A model generated the notes under the pieces. The model worked only from the letters and a program-made list of their open reading frames with translations, ran no database searches and was not told the DNA's origin. The position numbers and the translations under genes were made by a program. A stretch of 64,000 nt of DNA from the human T2T-CHM13v2.0 reference genome, Homo sapiens, in assembly GCF_009914755.1 (NCBI RefSeq), contig NC_060937.1; one strand, written 5' to 3'. Below, piece after piece: positions 54,822-64,000 of the stretch; position 1 is the stretch's first letter; the number at the start of each line of letters is the position of its first letter.

Positions 54822-55175
54822 ATTATTTTATTTTTTATTGCAATAGCTTTAGAAGTACAAGTATATTTTTTATGTGAATGCATTGTATAGTGGTGACAGC
54901 TGGGATTTTAGTATACCCATCACCCAAGTGGTATATGTTGTAGCCAATAGATAGTTTTTAATCCATCACCCCCACTACCCTCCCCTATTCTGAGTCTCCA
55001 ATGTCTACTCTGTATACCTTTGCATACCCATAGATTAGCTCACACTTATAAGTGAAAACATGCAGTATTTGGTTTTTCATTTCTAAGTTGCATCACTTAG
55101 GATAGTGAGCCCCATCAAATTTGCTGCAAAAAACATTATTCCTTTTTTTTCTTGGCTGCATAGTATTCCATGATA
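54822..55175 (-). mobile_element. L1PB (PB3/PB4-like) 3' end
   Basis: caatagctttagaagtacaagt...tgtatagtggtga...ctgggattttagtatacccatcacccaag...ttctgagtctccaatgtc. Confidence 0.82.
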
Positions 55176-56074
55176 CCATGCACAAACACTGAGAGTTCTT
55201 GTTTCTCTGGATCCTTATCAACAGTTGATATTTTCAGGTTTTTGGATTTTGATTACACTAATAGTGTACAGTAGTACCTCATAGTTGTTTTAATTTGTAT
55301 TACACTAATGGAAAATTATATTGAGCATCTTTTAATATGCTTGTTTCCAATCTGCATATCATTTTGGTCATGTATCACTTCAGACCTTTTGCCCAATTTT
55401 TAATTAGGTTGTGTGTTTAATGTTGTTGAGTTTTAAGTGTGCTCTGTGTAATTTGAATAGAAGTCCTCTATCACATGTGTATTTTGCCAATTTTTTCTTC
55501 TATTTTTTCTTGCCTTTTTGATCTCCTAATAGTATGTTTTACAAGATAGAGTTTTTCATTTTAATGAAGTGAAATAATAATTGGGTTCTTCTATGAACAA
55601 TATTATTACTGTTCCTTCTTAAAAGGTATTGCCAAGCTCAAAGTCATGCATATTTTCTCTTGTGCTTTCTTCTTAATTTTTTTAGTTGTGCATTTTCATT
55701 TTGGTCTAAATCTATTTAGAGTTAATTTTTATCTAAGGTCTAGGGTCTGTACTTATATTCACTTTTTGGTATATAAGTTTTTAATTTTTCCAGCCACTAT
55801 TTTTTTTGTTCATTGAAATGTCTTCACTCCTTTGTCAAAAAATCAGTTTATTATATTTTTCTTGCTTATTTCTAGACTCCATATTTTAGTTCTTTGATCA
55901 ATGTGTCAGTTCTTTTACCAATACCAGTCTTTTTGATTGCTATAGCCTTACAGGGAGTCTTTAAACAAATAGTGAGAGTCCGCCAACATTGTGTTTCTTC
56001 TTCATTAGTGTTTTGGCTACTCTATTGTAATGTTGAATAAGAATGGTGAGAGAAAACATTGTTGCTTTTTCTAG

Positions 56075-58555
56075 ATTTTTTAAAAATGATTTTAAGTTCT
56101 GGAGTACTCGTGCAGAATGTGCAGGCTTGTAGCATAGGTAAATGTGTGCCATGGTGGTTTGCTGCATCTATCATCCCATCCCCTAGGTATTAAGCCTGGA
56201 TGCATTAGCTATTTTTCCTGATACTCTACCCACCCTCCTGCTCTCCTCCAACAGGCCCCAATGTGCATTGTTCCCCTCCCTGTATCCATGTGTCCTCATT
56301 CTCCAGCTCCCACTTATAAGTGAGAACATGCTGTGTTTGGTTTTCTGTTCCTGTGTTAGTTTGCTGAGAAAAATGGCTTCCAGCTTCATCCATGTCCCTG
56401 CAAAACACATGGTCTCATTTCTTTTTTGGCTGCATCATATTCCATGGTGTGTATGTACCATATTTTTTAATCCAGTCTATCATTGATGGGCATTTAGGTT
56501 GATTTCATGTCTTTGCTATTGTGAATAGTGCTTTAGTGAACATACATGCGTATGTACATTTATAATAGATTGAGTTCTATTTTTTAGGGTATATACTCAG
56601 TAATGGAATTGCTGGGTCAAATGGTATTTCTGGCTCTAAATCTTTGAGGAATTGCCACACTGTCTTCAACAATGGTTGAATTAATTTACATTCCCACTGA
56701 CAATGTAAAAGCATTCCTATTTCTCCACAACCTTGACAGTGTCTGTTGTTTCTTGAGTTCTTAATAATCACCATTCTGACTAATGTTAGATTGTATCTCA
56801 TTGTGGTTTTGATTTGCATTTCTCTAATTATCAATTATTTTGAGCTTTTTTTGTATGTTTGTGCCACACGTATGTCTTCTTTTGAGAAGTGTCTGTTCAT
56901 GTCCTTTGCCCACTTTTTAATGCAGTTGTTTTTTTTTTTCTTGTAAATGTACTTAAGTTCCTTATAGATTTTGGATACTAGACCTTTATCAGATGGGTAG
57001 ATTGAAAAATTTTCTCCCATTCTGTAGGTTGTCTGTTCTCTCTGATGATGGTTTCTTTTGCTGTGCAGAAGCTCTTTAGTCTAATTAGATCCCATTTGTC
57101 AATTTTTGCTTCTGTTGCAAATGCTTTTGGTGATTTCGTCATAAAATGTTTGCCCATCCCTATGTCCTGAATGGTATTTGTTAGATTTTCTTCTAGGGTT
57201 TTTATAGTTTTGTGTTTTATGTTCGAGTTTGTAATTCATCTTGAGTTCATTTTTGTATAAGGTGTAAAGAAATGGTCCAGGTTAAATTTTCTGTATATGG
57301 CTAGCCACTTCTCCCAGCACCATTTATTAAATAGGGAATCATTTCTCCATTGCTTGTTTTTTCTTGTTTATTGAAGATCAGATGGTTAGAGATGTGTGGT
57401 TTTATTTCTGAGTTACCTATTCTGTTCCATTGGTCTATGTTCCTGTTTTTGTATCAGTTCCATGCTGTTTTGCTTACTGCAACCTTGTAGTATAGTTTAA
57501 AGTTCGGTAGCCTGATGCCTCCAGCCTTGTTCTTTTTGCTTAGGATTGTCCTGGTAATATGAGCTCTTTTTTGGTTCTATATGAATTTCAAAATAGTTTT
57601 TTTTTTCTATTCTGTAAAGAAAGTCAATGGTAGTTTAATGGGAATAGCACTGAATCTATACATTGCTTTGGACAGTATGGCCATTTTCAGGATATTAATT
57701 CTTCCTATCCATGAGCATGGAATATTTCTCTGTTTGTTTGTGTCCTCTCTGATTTCCTTGAGCAGTGGTTTGTAGTCTTCTTGAAGAGGTCCGTCCCTTC
57801 CCTTGTTAGCTGTATTCCTAGATATTTTTTCTCTTTGTGGCAATTGTGAATAGGAGTTCATTATTGATTTGTGTCTCTGCTTGTCTGTTGGTGTATAGGA
57901 ATGTTTGTGATTTTTGCACATTGATTTTGTATCTTGAGACTTTGCTGAAGTTGCTTATCAGTGTCAGAAGCTTTTGGGCTGAGTTGATGGTGTTTTCTAG
58001 ATATAGGATCATCTCATCTGCAAACAAAGACGGTTTGACTTTCTCTCTTCCTATTTGAATACACTTTGTTTCTTTCTCTTGCCTGATTGCCCTGGCCAGA
58101 ACTTCCAACACTATGTTGAATAAGAGTGGTGAGAGAGGGAGTGCTTATCTTGTGCTAGTTTTCAAGAGTAATGCTTCCAGCTTTTGCCATCCATTATGAT
58201 ATTGGCTGTGGATTTGTCATAAATGGCTCTAAGTATTTTGAGGAATGTTCCTTCAATATCCATTTTATTGAGAGTTGTTAACATGAAGGGATGTTGAATT
58301 TTATTGAAGGCCTTTTCAGTGTCTATTGAGATAATCATGTGGTTTTTGTCTTTATTTCTGTTTATATGGTGAATTATGTTTATTTATTTGCAAATTTTGA
58401 ATCAGTCTTCCATCCTGGGGATGAAGCCAACTTGATCGTGGTGGATAAGTTTTCTGATGTTCTGCTGGATTCAGTTTGATAGTATTTTACTGAGGATTTT
58501 TGCATCTATGTTCATCAGGAATATTGGTCTGAAGTTTTCGTTTTTTTATTGTATC
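56075..58555 (-). mobile_element. 5'-truncated L1PA8-like element (~2.5 kb)
   Basis: L1PA 3'UTR and continuous antisense ORF2. ORF track fragments include [12 protein letters not shown] (RT motif) and EIPFDPAIPLL. Confidence 0.92.
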
Positions 58556-59019
58556 TAGTGGGAAAGTATAATCCTACCAGAAGGTATGTTTTTAGATATT
58601 CTTTATCAGATTGAAGACATCCCTTTTTTATGTCTAATTTGCTAAGTTTTTATCAGAAATGGGCATTGTATTTTGTCAAATGCTTTTCTCTGCATTAATT
58701 TACAAGATCATGTAATTTTTCTTTTTTAGTTTTTTGGTTTGATGAATTGCAATGATTAATTTTTAAAAGTTGAACTAGTCCTCTATTCTGGGAGTAAATC
58801 CAACTTTTTTATGTTGTATAATTATTTTATACATTGTCAGATTTGATTTGCTTGTATTTGGCTTAGGGTTTTTGTGTTCCCATCCCCAGACACATTTGGT
58901 GTGTAGTTTTACTTTGACTTTATTTGGTTTTAGTATTGCTAATTAGAAAAAAAAGGTCAATAATTCTTTCGTAGCCTACTTGTGGAACACTTTAGAATTG
59001 TTCTATAGAATCAGAAAGA

Positions 59020-59240
59020 GAGTACTTTGTAGTGAAAATGAACGCCTTTCCAGGGTAGGCTTTGCTACTTGCTATTTGATTTTGCATATTTACCTAACAT
59101 GTCTAATGGTCATTTTTTAATGGCAATAATAAAATATACCTTGGTGTGTTCTAATTAGGAATATATTTGTATATGTAAAACATCTATATAATGATATAGT
59201 GTTGTATATACAGTAAATATTTAATAAACAATCACTACTT
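59020..59240 (+). mobile_element. MIR, highly diverged
   Basis: ggctttgctacttgcta...tttacctaac...aatggcaataataaaatatacct...tatgtaaaacatct...acagtaaatatttaataaa. Confidence 0.55.
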
Positions 59241-60335
59241 TTTTGCCCTTCATATGACATAGAAGAAACCGGAGGCATGCTAATTACCATACTATAACTT
59301 GAACATTTTAAAATCTTAATACAATGCTAAACTGGGCACTTAAGTGTAGTGGAAGATTCTGAGCTCAGTTGAAACTGTCCATAATTACAGAGCCCTAAGA
59401 CTGCTAATATTATAGGAAACATTAGAATATATTATATTTTATACATACTTACATAAACATATGTTTTAAGTTTCTGATATGTTTCTTAGTTGCAATGACA
59501 TTTAAGTTCTTGATTTTTCAAGGCAAATATTAAGACATTTAATAATTATAGATTGTTGCCAAAACTTTCCAATAGTTTGAGAAACCAGAAAATCTTTGAG
59601 GAGATGTACCATAACCCGTTATTTTGCCAATGATAATTTCTATAAGGAGATACTCTTTTCGAAAGCAATAATTTTGATATATATGGTGAATTGAAAATAA
59701 ATCAATAAATATCCCTAGTGATAATTTAAATCTATTTAAGCTATAAGAAATTCAAATATATCAATTTTAAATGTAAAATATTTTTTAAGTTAGAGAAATG
59801 TTACATATTATAGTAAATTATAATTAGTTTTCTAAATGTTATAGTTCTCCTGAGGAATATAGAAGTATTACTACTCAGAAACATTGTGTGAAATTTGGAT
59901 CCATAATCATTTGTTATGTGTAAACAGCTTCTAGTGTTATCTTAAAAATCCCTTGCTCTGGGGAAATGCTAAATGGAAAATAGACTGAAAGATATTTTCC
60001 AAGATAAATAGTTGTAGAAAAAATTGTTATGACAGAAGACTTATGCAGTGAATTTGATTTAGTGTTCTGTAGGGAGCTACAGAGAGATTCTTCTTATAAG
60101 GTAGCTGAGAACTCTGTGTTGACAGCAGAGCTAGCTATTTATTTACAAAGGCACTAAGAATTTGGGAAGAAAATGAAAGTTTATTTAATTATACCAATAA
60201 CACTTAAATAATTTGTAATGCTAGATTTAAAACACAAATTTGACAAAAAAGGTAGTGAATTTTTAAATTTTAATTATAAGTTTAATATTACTTGGGGATA
60301 TAGAGTTAAATTTTTATCTTTTGAATCATTACAAC

Positions 60336-60411
60336 TACACACACACATACACACACGTGCATAGGCACACTTTATTTATTTATTTATTTACTTATTTATT
60401 TATTTATTTAT
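60336..60411. repeat. (CA)n followed by (TTTA)n
   Basis: Direct reading. Confidence 0.88.
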
Positions 60412-61099
60412 ATCAAACCTTACTCTCTGAGGATACCTTTCTCAACTTTATGCGATGCAAAATCATATATTTAGATAATTTCTTATATCTAAAACTTACA
60501 GCCAGTTTTTTCCTACGGGGTAACTAAAGAGTTCAGTCTCAGCACACATTCAGTTTCTGATTTCTCAGCTGAGTCTCCCAGAAAGGATATCAATTAGTTA
60601 CAAACGTCATGGTTATTTTTCAGTGTGGCCATCTGTCCACTTAGAACTTGAATGCGATGAAAAACTTATTTCACACGTGCTGGCAAACAGCTGCCAGATG
60701 GCAACAAATTGTGATCACCGTGACCCAAACTAAATTTAAACAATAGGAGTAATAATAAAAATTGGTATATGGACACTTACAAATTTTACTTCAGAAGGAA
60801 GTGTGGGGATTATAGGCTTCTGACCAAAGTCAGTGGTAGAGCTCTATTCTGAGTTATATAGTTAAACATGTGCTAACAAGCTATAATCATCTTTGTGTTC
60901 CCCATTTTCCTAATTTTAATAACTGTAAGAATTTAATCTTCTAGAGCTTCAAATTCTTGATTTGTAATATACAACATTTAATAACTTATTGATTTCATAT
61001 TTTAATATAATTGCCATCTTTTTTCCTCAACTCTAGAGCACTAAGACTGTAAACACAATAGAAATAAACATTTTTTATTTTTTAAACATCTATAAAACA

Positions 61100-61280
61100 A
61101 TATACTCTAAACTTTGGAAAAAGTAGCATATATTATTATTCATATTATGCAATAAAGAAAATGGGGTTTGGGAGAAGTTAATGATTTGTTCTGCAATATT
61201 CATTTACTAATATAAGTGCTAGAGCAGGAACATTAACTCAGCTATCACTGTAATGCCAATATACTTTTCAGTAAACCACC
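61100..61280 (-). mobile_element. MIR fragment
   Basis: attattattcatattatgcaataaagaaaatgggg...gagaagttaatgatttg...taagtgctagagcagga matches the MIR core in reverse. Confidence 0.65.
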
Positions 61281-61379
61281 TTAAATCTTAACTTTTTTTA
61301 AAAAACAGTAATTATAATAATAAGCTGATTTGTTACACTTCATTAGAAATTAACTATTTCTTAACTCAATGATGATAAT

Positions 61380-61545
61380 GATAATGGTGACAATAATAAT
61401 TTGTGCTTACTATGTTATTACTATGTTGAAGGCTACATTTATCACAATTTAATGTAATGTTTAAAACATACCATGATACAGAGCATTTGTTATTAACATC
61501 GACAAATTTTAATAGATGATAAACAGAAAATTAAGTGAAACGTTA
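61380..61545 (-). mobile_element. MIR fragment
   Basis: ttgtgcttactatg...ttttaatagatgataaacagaaaattaagtga. Confidence 0.45.
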
Positions 61546-63528
61546 TCTTCTACTATCAAAGGACTTATACATCTTTGTGTTGAGGACTCTGTTTTATTTA
61601 ACCTGGGAATAGATCTTATTGCTTCATTGGTGAGGTCAACTCTATTGTAATGTTGGTCTTCTAGTCATTCATATCAGCCCTTTTTAAAGCTATTCATCAA
61701 GGAAATCAATCACTTCAGCAAGCTCATGACTTAAAGTTCAAAAATAAGAGAATACAAGCTTAATGTTTCCTACTTTATGGATTTTATTCAATTGAGCCAT
61801 AAATGCAAATATAACAGCAGGAAAATGTCCATTTGCAAGTATATAATTTATTTACTGTGAATAGGACTCCTCTCTGTGTAATATAAAAATGTCTTCTATA
61901 CTAACATTTTCTAGAGACTGCAGGTTCATCAAAGCTCTTTTAACAACAACTAAACCCAAGCTTCTCCTTATTACTTGGAACAACTCAAAAGAAACTCCCC
62001 TTCCAATGTTAACCAAAAGTAATACTTCACCATTGTAATTGTTCATTTGAATTTACCATAATTTGTGCAAAGAGAAGTGGTGGCATCATATTTCTGTCTC
62101 AGTCTCACACTGTTTCAGTTTGTGTTATGACAACTCTAATCTTGGCTTATCTCACTCTTCTAGTGACAAGAATATAAATATCCCAGCAGTCATCATCAAG
62201 TTCTCAAATTAGTTTTTCCCTGAATGTGTCCCCTGAATTATATCTTGCTCTATTTTCACTATATAGTATGATGAAATTTTGCTTTTTCAATAGAGTATGT
62301 TTGTCTTCTAATCAATACCAGCACATATCTTATTCACCCCTACGTGTTCAATCAGTTGGCAGACTTTCTTGCCAATAGTATGGGCCGAGTTTAGATCAAA
62401 AGTATGTTATTGATTGCTTACAATACTCCAGATGCAGAGGGGAAAAAACATAAGTATATTTTTAAAACTCAGAAAATGTGGCTATTAAATAAGAAATATT
62501 GACACATGTTGATACGGTCTCCACTAAGATTGAGGCATAAGTGAGTAAGCAATAATTCAAAAAAGGAGCGTGTAGGCAACATTTTCAAGGACAAGTAAAA
62601 CCTGAAATTAGTCACGAAAAATAAGTAATAATCATAAAAATGAACAAAAAATATTTGATGGGGTTCTAGAAAAAAGAAATGCATAATGAAAGGCATAGAG
62701 ATATAAGATAACATGTTGTATGCCAGAATTGGCAAGATTTGTGCTTTGGGAATAGGTAAGTGTGAACCAGTAGTAAAAGGAGATCTTAAGAAAGATAGTT
62801 TTATGGGTACCTTGATTGCTTATTAAAACTTTGGGGATTATGTAAACAATGGGAAGCCAGTGAATAATCTTTAGCAGAGGACATGTAAAGTCAAAGTTAT
62901 ACTTTAAACTTTCTGATTGCTAGTGCAAATGATTTATTCGAGGAGGGAAAAACTGAGTGAGGTAAGTCATTGAAATCTTGGAGGGAGAGTGTGAAATAAA
63001 TTTTTAAAACATTCAAAAGATCTATTTTAAATATAAATATGTTTGCCTTTGCTTTTTTTAAAAATGGTATCCTTTTACAGTCTGTAATTAATGATTTTTA
63101 ATGCTACATCCCTTCAATATTCTTTACTTCTTTTGTGTCGTCTTGAATTTGACTTTTTATGCCTTAATTTTATCTGCCCTTAGGCCTGTTGTCCTTAAAA
63201 TTTAAGATCTTTTGTTGGTTTTTGAAATCATCTGTCTCAAAATGGCTGGGGACTAGGTTAGTTTCCTCTTCCCCCTTTTGAAATAACCCAAACACTGAGA
63301 AATAGAAAAAAAATTGCAAACTACAACTGTGTATAAATAACAGGCAATTGCAATTCTGAAGGACAATCATATGAAGATGGACTTTCTAAAGTTATATTAG
63401 CTAAGAAGTACGGAACAGCAACAGTAGAAGACATCTATGATCACTGATCTCACATAAAGCAGGGAGACCAAATTACAAAATGGTGGTAAATTCTGAAAAG
63501 AAACAAACAGATAAACAGACAAAAAAAA

Positions 63529-63626
63529 ATCTATCTATCTATCTACCTACCTATTTAGCTAATCTATCTATCTAGGAGAGAGAGGGACAGGGGAGAAAGA
63601 AAGAAAAAGAGAGAGAGAGAGAGAGA
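63529..63626. repeat. (TCTA)n followed by (GA)n microsatellites
   Basis: Direct reading. Confidence 0.9.
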
Positions 63627-63971
63627 TTTTTACAGAAATAAAAGATAACTTGATTGGGGCAGAAAACGTATGAAGTTGAGCATCTTTTTCTGTGCTTAGT
63701 TGCAATCCAAGTATCTATTTTGGAGAAGTGTCTTTTGAAATTCTTTTACATGTTTTTCACAGATTTGTAGCTAAGCATTTCATTTTATGTTATTTCAAAA
63801 AATAATTTAAAAATAACTTATGGTTATTATTTGCTAGAGTTTGTAAATATGTGTCTCTCTCTCTATATATATATTAGTTACCTGATTCCAATAATCTCTC
63901 TAAACTCATTGATTATACATTCACACACTTTATGACTTTTTTTTTACCTAAACGATGGTACTTTGTGCTAG

Positions 63972-63992
63972 AAAAAAAAAAAAAAAAAAAAA
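63972..63992. repeat. Poly(A) tract (21 nt)
   Basis: Direct reading. Confidence 0.9.
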
Positions 63993-64000
63993 GAGGCTTT

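Overview
AT-rich primate (human-like) genomic DNA dominated by interspersed repeats. It holds about ten Alus, nested LINE-1 copies of several ages (L1PA, L1PB, L1MA, L1MB, L1MC, L1ME), L2 and MIR relics, ERV1/ERVL/MaLR LTR pieces, a MER20 and a 33-nt tailless U2 snRNA retrocopy. I found no intact protein-coding gene: the long ORFs are repeat-derived or look like chance. It reads as intergenic DNA or a large intron. I did not find a convincing new biological system. The most interesting signals are insertion and repair scars (a full-length L1 nested in an internally deleted L1, twin-priming inversions, templated insertions, a tailless AluY, a young fold-back duplication), an old ~1.1-kb-period duplication in unique DNA, and unverified splice-signal-bounded segments. 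Subfamily names come from remembered consensus sequences and boundaries were read by eye, so both need RepeatMasker/Dfam confirmation.
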